From positions 1 to 48,532 of the forward strand of contig JAXCHI010000006.1 of the NCBI GenBank assembly GCA_033977065.1: 48,532 bases of DNA, read 5' to 3'. The notes below the pieces were generated by a model. The model was not told the origin of the DNA and made no database searches. It saw only the letters and a program-made list of their open reading frames with translations. A program made the position numbers and the translations under genes. Source of the DNA: Candidatus Algichlamydia australiensis. GTDB lineage: Bacteria; Chlamydiota; Chlamydiia; Chlamydiales; JAJFMI01. This document shows, piece by piece, positions 37,660-48,002 of the stretch. Positions within the stretch are counted from its first letter, which is position 1. Every line of letters starts with the position of its first letter.

Positions 37660-38487
37660 TTAACCACGAGGGTGAAAGTTTGTAAAGGCATCCTCTAGTC
37701 GTGAACGGCTGATGTGAGTGTAGCGGTCGGTTGTGGCGATGTCGGCATGACCAAGTAGTTCCTGGATGACGCGCAGATCGGCGCCATGATCAAGAAGGTG
37801 TGTGGCAAAGCTATGGCGCAGAGTATGAGGAGAGACATTTTTTTGAATTTTGGCTGCCTTGGCATAAAAACGTACCCGAGAAAAGATCGTCTGACGGTCA
37901 ATGCGTTTGCCTCCACGTGAGAGAAAGAGTGCTTTGTTCTCTCCTTTACGAAAATTATTGAGATAGTGATCAATGGCGTGAAGCGCCATTTCACCCACAG
38001 GGACAATGCGCTCTTTAGAGCCCTTGCCTAAAACGCGTACTTTGGTTTCGTCTATGTCGTGAATATTCAGAGAGCAGACCTCGGAAACACGCAGGCCTGA
38101 ACCGTAAAGCATTTCTAGAATGGCGCGATCGCGCGCGCCAAGAGCTGAACGTGTATCGCAAGCCTTGAGTATTGCTTCGACTTCTTTTTCACTCAGTATT
38201 TCTGGGATAAGCTGCCAAAGCTTGGGGCTTTCAATTAGGGAGGTCTCATCTTCCTTTATAATGTTTTCTTTGCGCAAGAAGCGAAAAAAGAGCTTTACTG
38301 AGACAAGCATACGCGCAACAGTAGAGCTTGCATACTGTTTTTTTCTAAGTTCAGAGAGAAAGGGAACAATCTCTTTACCGCTGTTGAGAAAGAGCTCTAA
38401 ATCGCGCTTGTAGGCTGTAATTGTATTTTTCGAGAGACCTTTTTCTGAGGCAACATAGGCGAGAAACTCAGGCAGGTATTCTTTCAT
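37660..38487 (-). CDS. xerD: Tyrosine recombinase XerD
   Basis: RDRAILEMLYGSGLRVSE, GKGSKERIVP, HTLRHSFATHLL, LLGHADIATTDRYTH. Confidence 0.85.
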   Translation of the reverse strand: MKEYLPEFLAYVASEKGLSKNTITAYKRDLELFLNSGKEIVPFLSELRKKQYASSTVARMLVSVKLFFRFLRKENIIKEDETSLIESPKLWQLIPEILSEKEVEAILKACDTRSALGARDRAILEMLYGSGLRVSEVCSLNIHDIDETKVRVLGKGSKERIVPVGEMALHAIDHYLNNFRKGENKALFLSRGGKRIDRQTIFSRVRFYAKAAKIQKNVSPHTLRHSFATHLLDHGADLRVIQELLGHADIATTDRYTHISRSRLEDAFTNFHPRG

Positions 38488-39107
38488 GAGAGCAGGTCGG
38501 AAAGATCGAGCAAAATATCTCGTAGCACTTCTAAAGGACGCTGGTCAGCGTTAAAGCGCGAGACAATTGCTTGCGGATAGCAGCTTAAAACCTCTTTTGT
38601 CTCCTTCTCATAGACTTCCATGCGCGTCCTAAGTACATCGCGATCTTTATCATCTAAGCGACGCTCAATCATACCGCGACGCAGTAGGCGCTGAATAAAG
38701 ACTTCAGGATCTTTGGACTCTAAAAGGATAATACGCTCTACTTTAAGAAATTGGTCAAGGTGCTCAGCCTGCCCTTTTGTGCGTGGGATTCCATCTAAGA
38801 GCAGAAGCTGCTCTTTGGGAAAGTAGCGGTTGGTACTAATCAATCCGTGGACAAAGTGATGCCAAATTTTTGAAGTTACTTCATCTGGAAGAAGGTGACC
38901 ACGTGAAGCGTACTTATGAAACAGTTTTCCGGCAGCCGATTCAGGTGATAATCCCCGAAAAATGTCTCCAGAGGAGAGGTGAAAATGGTTCCCTGCACTG
39001 CTTAAAAATTTGCCTTGCGTTCCCTTTCCAGAGCCAGGCGGTCCGAAAATTAGGACGGATCGAAAGGGCTCTTCATGGGAAGGAATCAACTCATCTGTAT
39101 CTATCAT
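38484..39107 (-). CDS. adk: Adenylate kinase (short LID)
   Basis: GPPGSGKGTQ, HLSSGDIFR, LLDGIPRT, RLDD. Confidence 0.85.
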   Translation of the reverse strand: MIDTDELIPSHEEPFRSVLIFGPPGSGKGTQGKFLSSAGNHFHLSSGDIFRGLSPESAAGKLFHKYASRGHLLPDEVTSKIWHHFVHGLISTNRYFPKEQLLLLDGIPRTKGQAEHLDQFLKVERIILLESKDPEVFIQRLLRRGMIERRLDDKDRDVLRTRMEVYEKETKEVLSCYPQAIVSRFNADQRPLEVLRDILLDLSDLLS

Positions 39108-39277
39108 ACTTAAAACCAGCTATTTGAGATAAACACTCTCTTACTTAATGATCATACCAAAAAACGGAATTTTTTCATTTCGAAGTCACTGAAAACCAGA
39201 CAATTGTATAAATTTAACAAAAAGTTTATTAAGTTAATATAATTATGATATAATTAAATTATAAATAAATAAGTATT

Positions 39278-40708
39278 ATGACAGAGTTCAAAGTTGGCAC
39301 ACTATCAGATGGGCGCATCCTCTTTGTAGAATTTACAGATAAAAGGGGAAAAGCTCTCCCCACGACTGCTGAAAAAACGCAACAGCTTGCTCAAGAGTTT
39401 TTCACAAATGAACGATTGGACCATTTTGAGTGGTCTCTCGACGAGAATGGTCGTTATCAGTCAGACTCAAAAAGTGAGATCGATTGCAAACTCCTTGCTG
39501 CAAGAAACGAAACTCCTGCTAAGGTCTCTTCAACAGATGAGGCTCCAGAAACACCGGATACTTCGGACGCAGATGAAAGCACTCCTCCCTCAACACCCGT
39601 TGCAAAAGAAGCAACAACCATTGATCTGCCTGCAAACCAATTTAACATAGACACGCTTACAATCGATGAAACAGTTGGAGATGGCAATTGCGCATTTCAT
39701 AGCATTCTAGGATCCCCAAACAGCGATGGAAAATATGAGTACCAACCTCTATCGGGAAAATCGATTCGTCAAGAGTTTTTAGATAGGTTTGAAGCCGTTG
39801 AGAAAAAGAAAAATGAACCTATCTCTGCTATACGGTGGGACTCTTTTGAAAAAGTACTCCATACCGAGTTTGAAAACTTCTTGCATAACTCACTCACAGA
39901 TGCGCGAAGCTCTAGCCAAGACCTCCTACTCGAAAAGAACAGAAAAGGATTAGAAAGAGCTCTTAAAGCTCACAACTCTAATCAGACGGAAAAGAACAAG
40001 CAGAAAGTTAACAAGGAGTTTAGAATTGCTTGGAAGCGCGCAGTTCTTGCACCGGAATACTACTTATCAGAAAATGAACTAGGTCTGCTTGGGAGGCTCT
40101 ACGACAAACCTCTCACTCTGGTTTACAAAAACCCGCATGATGATACTTTTTTGTTAAATGAGATCAACCCAGGTAGAGCAGATAACCAAATCTTCATTCA
40201 CCATAATGGAAATCATTATGAGCATTGCAACCGCACAGAAATTAAAAAAATTATTCCGCCAGAAAAATTTTATCCTCTAAACGAGCCTTGGAAAATCCCT
40301 CCACCAAAAGATGGCTCTGTAAGTGGAGATATACCTAAAAAGCCTGCATCAGCCCCCCCAACTCCAACTCAAGAGCGCAGTCTAGGTGAAATTTACAAGC
40401 GGAACAAAGCAGAAAAAAAGCATTATAAAGAGCTTCTAAAGGTTCACATTAAAAAAAATCCTAAACATCCTCTAGCTAAACTCTATCACGCTTTAGAAAA
40501 AGACTTATCCAATTACCACGGTGTCACCTCTCTACAAGGTTTTAGAACAACCTATGCCTCAACAAGACACTTTGTCAATGAAGAGGACAAGGTAGGACAC
40601 ATAGATGAGTTGGGAGTCCACTTACTTGATCGGTTGCTGACTCATGAAGAGAGTTTTGCAACCTCTGAAGAATTTTATAAATATATAGGAAGTTATGGCA
40701 GAATTTGA
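39278..40708 (+). CDS. Putative OTU-type cysteine protease/deubiquitinase effector
   Basis: VGDGNCAFHSI (Cys138) and IFIHHNGNHYE (His313), flanked by low-complexity linkers. Confidence 0.7.
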   Translation: MTEFKVGTLSDGRILFVEFTDKRGKALPTTAEKTQQLAQEFFTNERLDHFEWSLDENGRYQSDSKSEIDCKLLAARNETPAKVSSTDEAPETPDTSDADESTPPSTPVAKEATTIDLPANQFNIDTLTIDETVGDGNCAFHSILGSPNSDGKYEYQPLSGKSIRQEFLDRFEAVEKKKNEPISAIRWDSFEKVLHTEFENFLHNSLTDARSSSQDLLLEKNRKGLERALKAHNSNQTEKNKQKVNKEFRIAWKRAVLAPEYYLSENELGLLGRLYDKPLTLVYKNPHDDTFLLNEINPGRADNQIFIHHNGNHYEHCNRTEIKKIIPPEKFYPLNEPWKIPPPKDGSVSGDIPKKPASAPPTPTQERSLGEIYKRNKAEKKHYKELLKVHIKKNPKHPLAKLYHALEKDLSNYHGVTSLQGFRTTYASTRHFVNEEDKVGHIDELGVHLLDRLLTHEESFATSEEFYKYIGSYGRI

Positions 40709-41837
40709 AGTTGGCCGCCATGAAGGTCGTATAATTATAGCTGAATTTTTCGATGAGAACGGAAATTCACTTAATCCTGGTACTAAAGAGACAGATCCAC
40801 TTGCCAAACACGTATTTGGCGACCTCTCTTCTCTTATCACGCGTTGCCCAGACCTCAAGTCAAAGGGATCTTTTCGCGGAACAGATGAAGAGACGATTCG
40901 CAAATTTACTGAATACAAGCCTGCCGAAAAGAGCGCCTCTGCTCCTGCTGAGGCTAATGAGGCTGCTGAGAAACCAATAGAGAAAGATGAAAGCTCTGAA
41001 AACACTCCAAAAGTTCCTCAAGAGAATAAAACAGGAGAGAAAATTCCCCCACTTCCTAAAGAGGGAATCAACTTAGATATACCCTTCCTAGGAAGCGGTA
41101 CCACTTTGGATTTTTCTACTGATGTATCTCCAGATTTAGAGATGCCTGACCTTAGATGGGCGCCTGTTAAAAAAATAGAGCAACCAAGAAAAGAGATTCC
41201 AAAACCTCTTCCTTCTCACATGCCTCCGATACTCGATCCTGTAGCTCCTAGGGCAGAAGAGTATGCTAAAGAGCGGGATCCATCCCTACCCCCAAGTTAT
41301 ACACTCACATTCCCTGATATTGAGGAAATCCCCAACCGCTCATATGAGGAGACCGTTGAAGCAGTTAGAGAAATGATTCTAAGGACAGAGAATCAAAACT
41401 CTGATGATTTCATAGAGGAAGGAGTGCTCGAAAATCTATTCAGAGAGCAAAACCCAGTTTCTGCTGAATTAAGTGAAGAGAGCGATCTAGATATCGACTT
41501 CGACAGCTTAGCAGATGATCTTCTAGCAAGCATTGCATCAGATGAAATTGTCTACCCTGACTATGATGATGAAATTGGGGCAGAGGGATTTGAAAAATTA
41601 TTTCACGAAGAAGTAAAGCCTATCTCTACTCATTTTGAAGAACCAGTAGTGGAGGAAACAAAACCTGCGACTGAAAGGGAGCCTCAGCCAATATCTAAAG
41701 AAGAGTTGGATCTTACTGATGTAGATCTCTCACTTTATAACATGATGGCAGGAATTGAAGAACCAGAAGAGCTCATTCCGGGCGTGAACACCTACCCTCT
41801 AGATGAGCCTTCAATTTCGGAAATGCTCGATTTGTAA
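40695..41837 (+). CDS. Acidic, proline-rich hypothetical protein sharing its N-terminal module with the OTU-like protein
   Basis: MAEFEVGRHEGRIIIAEFFDENG versus MTEFKVGTLSDGRILFVEFTDKRG; overlaps the upstream stop by 14 nt. Confidence 0.7.
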   Translation: MAEFEVGRHEGRIIIAEFFDENGNSLNPGTKETDPLAKHVFGDLSSLITRCPDLKSKGSFRGTDEETIRKFTEYKPAEKSASAPAEANEAAEKPIEKDESSENTPKVPQENKTGEKIPPLPKEGINLDIPFLGSGTTLDFSTDVSPDLEMPDLRWAPVKKIEQPRKEIPKPLPSHMPPILDPVAPRAEEYAKERDPSLPPSYTLTFPDIEEIPNRSYEETVEAVREMILRTENQNSDDFIEEGVLENLFREQNPVSAELSEESDLDIDFDSLADDLLASIASDEIVYPDYDDEIGAEGFEKLFHEEVKPISTHFEEPVVEETKPATEREPQPISKEELDLTDVDLSLYNMMAGIEEPEELIPGVNTYPLDEPSISEMLDL

Positions 41838-41855
41838 TCGAACAAGTTGATCATT

Positions 41856-42407
41856 TTAATAATTCTGTGAGCTACCGCAACTACAGGAACTTTTGACATT
41901 GGGATTCGAAATTTTAAAGCCGGATCCCATCAATCCCTCTTGATAGTCAATTTCACAACCAAGCAATCTCTCAACCATCGTCTTGTCTACATGGATTTCA
42001 ATACCGTGTGATGTAAAAACTTGGTCCGTATCAAGCGATTTTTCTGAAAAATCGAGAACATACTCATAGCCGCTGCAGCCTCCTGGTTTGTCACCAAAGC
42101 GCAAAGCCCAATGCTCTTTGTTCTCTTCTGCTAACACTTTGCGAAACTTATTCGCTGCTGCCTCCGTCATGGTGATTGTTGAATCATCCAGTTTTCCTTC
42201 AAGGATGGCGTTGAGTGCGGTCAAAAGATCTTGCAGATCATCCAGGCTTTTGCCGTGGCTAAGCACGCCTGCCTCGAGAGTCTCCCATGTAGCAGCAGAA
42301 CAACCTACGCACTGCAGGCCGTGGCGTGTAAGCTCTTGCGCCAATTTTTGGCTTTTTTGCGGAAAGTTCTCAAAAATTTCCGCTATGGTCATCTCTTGCG
42401 TAATCAA
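41856..42407 (-). CDS. Fe-S cluster assembly A-type carrier (HesB/IscA) with N-terminal DUF1858-like domain
   Basis: GLQCVGC...WETLE N-domain, GGCSGYEY, EIDY, NPNVKSSCSCGSS. TTG at 42407 overlapping the ferredoxin stop is preferred. Confidence 0.85.
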   Translation of the reverse strand: MITQEMTIAEIFENFPQKSQKLAQELTRHGLQCVGCSAATWETLEAGVLSHGKSLDDLQDLLTALNAILEGKLDDSTITMTEAAANKFRKVLAEENKEHWALRFGDKPGGCSGYEYVLDFSEKSLDTDQVFTSHGIEIHVDKTMVERLLGCEIDYQEGLMGSGFKISNPNVKSSCSCGSSQNY

Positions 42408-42664
42408 AATGTTACCTTTATGCAGCCACCTTTGATGCGGCACTGGCAAGCGAGGCGCTCTTGCTCTTGCTCACCTAAAAAATCAAATTCTTCTTCGGTA
42501 AATTCAGTGAGGTTTTCCATTCCCTCTTCGACTTCTACGATACAGGTACCGCAGACACCCTCTTCACAGGCAAAGGGCACTCCCGCCTCTTCACAGGCAG
42601 CTTTGATGGGTGCTCCATCAGCTACTTCTGCCTCTTCGTCGTCATTAAAAATAATCTTAGCCAT
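42404..42664 (-). CDS. 2Fe-2S ferredoxin
   Basis: PFACEEGVCGTC...RLACQC. Confidence 0.92.
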   Translation of the reverse strand: MAKIIFNDDEEAEVADGAPIKAACEEAGVPFACEEGVCGTCIVEVEEGMENLTEFTEEEFDFLGEQEQERLACQCRIKGGCIKVTF

Positions 42665-42675
42665 AGAGGCTTATT

Positions 42676-44037
42676 TTACATGTGAATCGCCTTTTTTACA
42701 ATAGAGAGGGCTGCCTCTTTGATCGCTTCGGCAAGAGTGGGATGCGCGTGTGAGCAATTTGCCAGATCAAAGACTGTAGCGCGTTTTTCAATTGCAAGAG
42801 CGCCTTCATGGATGAGTTCGCCTGCATGTGGGGCGATGATGTGCATACCGAGCAGAATTCCAGTTGTTTCGTCTGCTAAAATTTTTACTAAACCTTCCTC
42901 TTCTCCAACAGCTACAGCGCGCGAATTGGCTTTAAGCGGAAAGCTCCCTACTTTATATTTTACTTGGCGCTCTTTGAGCTCCTCTTCGGTAAAGCCCACA
43001 GCAGCGACTTCAGGAAAGGTGTAGACAACACTCGGAATTGCCAGATAGTTGAGATGCGGGTTTTCGCCGGCGATGATTTCAGCAACAGCTACGCCCTCTT
43101 CTGAGGCCTTGTGAGCCAGCATCGGGCCATCCACCACATCACCTATCGCATAAATATTCGCAGCACTTGTTTGAAAGCGGCCATTGATGGGAATCATGCC
43201 GCGATTGGTTTCAATTCCCAAGGCTGCTAAATTTACGTTTTTCGTATAGGGTTTGCGACCAATACAGACAAGGACTTTTTCAGCAGTGACGCTTTCGCCA
43301 TTTTCGAATTGCAGTGTGACCTCTTTTTCGACTTTTGCTTCTGTTACTTTTGTCGAGAGGCGAAACTTAAGTCCCTGCTTTTCAAGAATTTTTTTAAACT
43401 CTTTGGAGAGAGTTGCGTCAAGGGGCGGGCAGACGCGGTCGAGAAACTCTACAAACTCAACTTCTGTGCCTAAGCGCGCATAAACAGACCCTAATTCGAC
43501 TCCAATAACACCAGCGCCTATCACAACCATTTTTTTCGGGACTTCAGTAAGTGCGAGCGCTCCTGTTGAGGAGAGAACTTGTTTTTCATCAAAGGGCAAA
43601 AAGGGCAGCGGTGTGGGCTCTGAGCCAGTTGCAATAAGAAAATTTTTAGCTTTGATCTCCTCGCCATTGACTTCTAAAGTATTGGCATCTTTAAAGCGCC
43701 CTTCACCAATGATTTTCGTGACGCCATTTTTTTGAAAGAGCATCTCAATACCGCGATTAAAGCGCTCCACAACGCCTTTTTTCCGCATCATCATTTTGTT
43801 AAAATCCAAAGTTGGCTTCGCATCGATACCGTGATCAGATGCGCCATGAAGAATTTGGTGGTAGAGCTCTGAAGAGTGCAAAAGCGATTTTGAAGGGATA
43901 CAGCCCACATTTAGGCATGTGCCGCCAAGATTGGGATCTTTCTCTACACAGGCGGTTTTAAGACCTAACTGTGCTGCACGAATCGCTGCGACATACCCTC
44001 CTGGGCCCGCTCCAATCACTACCAAATCATATTCCAT
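42676..44037 (-). CDS. lpdA: Dihydrolipoamide dehydrogenase (E3)
   Basis: GAGPGGY, GGTCLNVGCIPSK, MLAHKA, HAHPTLAE. Confidence 0.97.
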   Translation of the reverse strand: MEYDLVVIGAGPGGYVAAIRAAQLGLKTACVEKDPNLGGTCLNVGCIPSKSLLHSSELYHQILHGASDHGIDAKPTLDFNKMMMRKKGVVERFNRGIEMLFQKNGVTKIIGEGRFKDANTLEVNGEEIKAKNFLIATGSEPTPLPFLPFDEKQVLSSTGALALTEVPKKMVVIGAGVIGVELGSVYARLGTEVEFVEFLDRVCPPLDATLSKEFKKILEKQGLKFRLSTKVTEAKVEKEVTLQFENGESVTAEKVLVCIGRKPYTKNVNLAALGIETNRGMIPINGRFQTSAANIYAIGDVVDGPMLAHKASEEGVAVAEIIAGENPHLNYLAIPSVVYTFPEVAAVGFTEEELKERQVKYKVGSFPLKANSRAVAVGEEEGLVKILADETTGILLGMHIIAPHAGELIHEGALAIEKRATVFDLANCSHAHPTLAEAIKEAALSIVKKAIHM

Positions 44038-45164
44038 TAAAAATCCAGCATTAGCCTTGCTGGCTCCTCTAAATTCTTTCTTATATGCATTAAAAAGCTT
44101 ACCGCTTGCTCTCCGTCAACAATGCGATGATCGTAACTTAGCGCCAGATACATCATGGGACGAATGACAATTTCATCGTCGATGACTACAGGACGCTTAA
44201 CAATATTGTGCATGCCTAAGATCGCGCTTTGCGGCGGATTCAAAATAGGTGTTGAGCAGAGCGAACCAAATTTTCCCGCGTTGGTGATGGTAAATGTTCC
44301 CCCTTTCAGCTCGTCAATCCCCATTTTTCCCTCACGCGCCTTTTTTGCGTACTCAGCGATTCCTTTTTCAATCTCAGCAAAGCTTAAATTTTCGCAGTTG
44401 CGAAGTACCGGCACCATCAATCCTTTTTCAGTGGAAACAGCAAAACTTAAATTATAACTGTTATTGTAGACAATCTCATCGCCCTCTAAGTACGCATTGA
44501 TTTCAGGAAAGGCTTTGAGCGCCTGCACACACGCTTTGGCAAAAAAGGACATAAAGCCGAGACGCACCCCGTGCTGTTTTTCAAAGTTCTCTTTTTCTTT
44601 TGCGCGAATCTCGATCACATTCTGCATGTCCACTTCATTGAATGTGGTGAGCATTGCCGTCTGATTTTTTGCTTCAACTAAGCGCTTGGCAATGGTTTTG
44701 CGCAGACCGCTCATTTTTTTGCGTGTCTGAGCCCCTTCAACTTTTGGAGCAGGAGCAGGTTGCGGAGTAGGTGCTGGTGCGGGTTTTGTTTTTTCTTGTT
44801 TTCCTAAATTTTGCAAGTAGTCATCGCCTGTGAGGCGCGCAGAGGGTCCCTCTGCTTTTGGGGCTGGTGCTGCAGCAGGAGCCTCTGCTTCTTCTTTTTT
44901 GGGCTTTGCAGGAGCTGGTGCAGCAGAACCTTCTGAGTCAACTGTTCCTACCACTTGTCCAATTTGCACGGTATCGCCCACAGCGACGCTAAGCTCAAGT
45001 GTTCCACTCGCAGGTGCATGCAGAACTTGATTCACCTTCTCTGTTTCAATCTCAAGAATTTCTGCATCTTTTTCGACAAAACTACCACTCTCTCTGATAA
45101 TCGACGCAATTTGCGCCTCTGTCACTGACTCCCCAGCGGGAGGAACTTTGATTTTAACTTTCAT
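44037..45164 (-). CDS. sucB: 2-oxoglutarate dehydrogenase E2 (dihydrolipoamide succinyltransferase)
   Basis: Lipoyl domain ETEKV, A/P-rich linker, [18 protein letters not shown]. Confidence 0.95.
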   Translation of the reverse strand: MKVKIKVPPAGESVTEAQIASIIRESGSFVEKDAEILEIETEKVNQVLHAPASGTLELSVAVGDTVQIGQVVGTVDSEGSAAPAPAKPKKEEAEAPAAAPAPKAEGPSARLTGDDYLQNLGKQEKTKPAPAPTPQPAPAPKVEGAQTRKKMSGLRKTIAKRLVEAKNQTAMLTTFNEVDMQNVIEIRAKEKENFEKQHGVRLGFMSFFAKACVQALKAFPEINAYLEGDEIVYNNSYNLSFAVSTEKGLMVPVLRNCENLSFAEIEKGIAEYAKKAREGKMGIDELKGGTFTITNAGKFGSLCSTPILNPPQSAILGMHNIVKRPVVIDDEIVIRPMMYLALSYDHRIVDGEQAVSFLMHIRKNLEEPARLMLDF

Positions 45165-47821
45165 GAAAATACCTTCTCAAGCCATTCTTTAAGCTCTTTT
45201 TTATGTAGGGCACTTGTGCCGCAAGCAGTCACTGCGCTGCGATCACGGCCACCGTAGGAGATCTTTTTTTGAGGGAAAAGCTCATGCAAATGGGGGCGCA
45301 TGAACTCCCACGCTCCCATGTTTTCATGCTCCTCTTGTACCCACATAACTTCTTCGATTTGCGGGTATTTGTCTACAATTTTTTTGAGCTTTTCTTTGTG
45401 CAATGGGTAGAGTTGCTCCACACGCACGATTGCTATCTCTTGATCTGCACGCTTTTCAACTAGATCGTAATAGACTTTTCCCGAACAGAGCAGGATTTTT
45501 TTTGCGGCCCCTTTTTGAGCTGGATCATCGAGAATCTCTTCAAAACTTTCTGATGCAAACTCCCTCACTGATGAAAGAGAGGGCGCAAAGCGCAACAGCG
45601 CTTTTGGTGTAAAAAGCACCAAGGGGCGTTTAAAGGGAAGTTTTGCATGACGACAGAGGAGGTGAAACTCTTGCGCTGGTGTTGTTACATTACAGATAAA
45701 AAGAGAGTCGTTACTAGCAAGCTGCAAAAACCTCTCGATACGCGCTGAGGAGTGTTCTGGGCCCTGCCCCTCATAGCCGTGCGGCAAGAAAAGCACAAGT
45801 GGCGCAAACTGCCCCCACTTGCGTTCTGCTGAAGTAATAAATTGGTCGATGATAATCTGTGCGCCGTTGGCAAAATCTCCAAACTGCGCCTCCCAAATCG
45901 TAAGCGCGTTCTCTTTTTCTAAACTATAGCCATAATCAAAGCCCATGACGCCATATTCAGAGAGCGGCGAATTGAAGACAGCAAACTGCGCTCCCTCTTT
46001 GACAAGAGCTTGCAATGGGAAGTGGGGCTTTCCACTCTCTTGATCGATAAGCGCTGCGTGGCGATGCGAAAAAGTTCCTCTCCGCGAATCCTGACCTGAT
46101 ATTCGGATAGAAATCCCCTCGCTCAAAAGTTTTGCATACGCTAAGCACTCGCCCATCCCCCAATCAACTCTCTTCTCATCAACTTCTCCAGTTACCATTT
46201 CTAGCCGCTGTTCAAATAAACGTTTTAATTTAGGGTGGGGGTTAAAGTCTTGAGGTAGCACACAAAACTGCTTTGCGTAGTTTTCAAGCTGGTCAGCTGA
46301 AGTGGCTGTTGGAATCGCAACAAAAGGATCGATAGGAGCTGGCACTGGACTCTCCTCTTCGGGCTTAGAAAGCTCCTGCTCTAGCTCCGCTTTGAATCTT
46401 TCCCCATACGATTGAACCTCAGCTTCACTCATCGTCCCCTCTTCAATGAGCTTTTTAGCGTAGAGATCGCGCACATTAGCGCGCGAGCGGATCAACTTGT
46501 ACTCTTTGGGTTGGGTAAAACCGGGCTCATCCGACTCGTTATGGCCATACTTGCGATAGCAACTCAAATCGATAAAGACATCGATGCCAAATTTTTGCCT
46601 AATTTCAGCAGCAAGCTTTGCCACTAAAATCGCCTTTTCAGGATCTTCTCCATTGACATGAAAGACAGGCGCTCCAAAAGATTTCGCGATATCTGTACAG
46701 TAAAGATTTGAGCGCGCCTCTTCAGTAGAAGCTGTAAAACCCACCTGATTGTTAATAACAATGTGAAGAGTCCCTGCAGTGGCATATCCCTCTAATCGGC
46801 AAAGCTGTAGTGTTTCATAAATAATGCCTTGCCCGGCAACGGCAGCATCCCCATGAATTAAAATTGGCAATACAGAATTTTTAACCTCTCGCTTATCCTG
46901 AATTGCACGCGTAGCTCCTAAAACAACGGGATCTACTGCTTCTAAGTGGCTAGGATTAGCAGCGAGCTCTAAAGAAAACTGGGACCCATTTTTAATTTTG
47001 AATGTCGTCTTATACCCCTTATGGTATTTTACATCACCACTCCCCTCATCAGGAGTAGGAAAATGCTCAGGAGAGAACTCATGGAAGATCGCACTGTAGG
47101 GCTTCCCGCAGACATTCGTTAGAACATTAAGACGTCCACGGTGGGCCATTCCCATGAGCGCATTTTGTACACCGCATGCTCCCCCCACCTCAAAAATTTC
47201 AAAGAGCATCGGAATAAGCGTCTCCCCGCCCTCCAATGAGAAGCGCTTCTGCCCGGGAAACTTCATTTGAATAAACGACTCAAACATCTCTGAGCGGTTA
47301 AGGTGGTAAAAGGTCGCCTCTTTCTCCTCTTTGGTAAGAGAAAAATTCTCGCCTTCAACTTTTTCTTGAATAAATGCCTCAAGCTCAGGATTTTGTAATC
47401 CCATATATTCAAATCCAATTGAGCCACAATAAATTTTTTGCAAGGTGACAATAAGATCTTTTAAAGGCGCTTTTTCTCTGCTGAGTAAACCACAAGTGGG
47501 CACTTGTTCATCGAGGTTAGAAAAGCCAAAGTTTTCAGGTTGTAGCTCCGAACAGACTTGCTCTTTCTCCATAGCTATGGGATTGATTTTAGCACACTTA
47601 TGACCAAATGAGCGATACGTGTCGATCAGCCGTGCAACACGCAGCTCCTCCCCAGCTTGCGTCGGACCTGACACAGCTGGCATCTTTTCTGCAAATTGCA
47701 TTCCCTCAAAAAACCTCTGCCAACTAACATCAACAGAAAAAGGGTCTTGCAAATAAGAGGCATAAAGTGCATCAATATAGTGCATACTTGAGAGGTTGGC
47801 GTAAGAAATTGGGTCATCCAT
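45161..47821 (-). CDS. sucA: 2-oxoglutarate dehydrogenase E1
   Basis: [53 protein letters not shown]. Confidence 0.97.
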   Translation of the reverse strand: MDDPISYANLSSMHYIDALYASYLQDPFSVDVSWQRFFEGMQFAEKMPAVSGPTQAGEELRVARLIDTYRSFGHKCAKINPIAMEKEQVCSELQPENFGFSNLDEQVPTCGLLSREKAPLKDLIVTLQKIYCGSIGFEYMGLQNPELEAFIQEKVEGENFSLTKEEKEATFYHLNRSEMFESFIQMKFPGQKRFSLEGGETLIPMLFEIFEVGGACGVQNALMGMAHRGRLNVLTNVCGKPYSAIFHEFSPEHFPTPDEGSGDVKYHKGYKTTFKIKNGSQFSLELAANPSHLEAVDPVVLGATRAIQDKREVKNSVLPILIHGDAAVAGQGIIYETLQLCRLEGYATAGTLHIVINNQVGFTASTEEARSNLYCTDIAKSFGAPVFHVNGEDPEKAILVAKLAAEIRQKFGIDVFIDLSCYRKYGHNESDEPGFTQPKEYKLIRSRANVRDLYAKKLIEEGTMSEAEVQSYGERFKAELEQELSKPEEESPVPAPIDPFVAIPTATSADQLENYAKQFCVLPQDFNPHPKLKRLFEQRLEMVTGEVDEKRVDWGMGECLAYAKLLSEGISIRISGQDSRRGTFSHRHAALIDQESGKPHFPLQALVKEGAQFAVFNSPLSEYGVMGFDYGYSLEKENALTIWEAQFGDFANGAQIIIDQFITSAERKWGQFAPLVLFLPHGYEGQGPEHSSARIERFLQLASNDSLFICNVTTPAQEFHLLCRHAKLPFKRPLVLFTPKALLRFAPSLSSVREFASESFEEILDDPAQKGAAKKILLCSGKVYYDLVEKRADQEIAIVRVEQLYPLHKEKLKKIVDKYPQIEEVMWVQEEHENMGAWEFMRPHLHELFPQKKISYGGRDRSAVTACGTSALHKKELKEWLEKVFS

Positions 47822-48002
47822 TTGCAAATTAATTGGTTATTCTTTTAAAATGCTGTTTTTATTTAATTGTGTTTTCCTGAATAAATAGCATTATCCCTAT
47901 ACCTTTGTATAACATATTTTAGGGAGCGACAAAAGAAAATTTTTTGTTTGCAAATATTCAAAATTCAGGTAAACAGGTCAAAATAAAGATGTGTTGAAAA
48001 CT

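Noticed and set aside
37660..38487. Prophage or island integrase
   Set aside because: Motifs and coupling to adk fit housekeeping XerD; no att sites, phage genes or tRNA are nearby.
39180..39277. Very AT-rich spacers (also 22442-22621 and 47830-47990) as an origin or specific regulator sites
   Set aside because: No DnaA-box cluster or definable motif was seen; they are consistent with divergent promoter regions.
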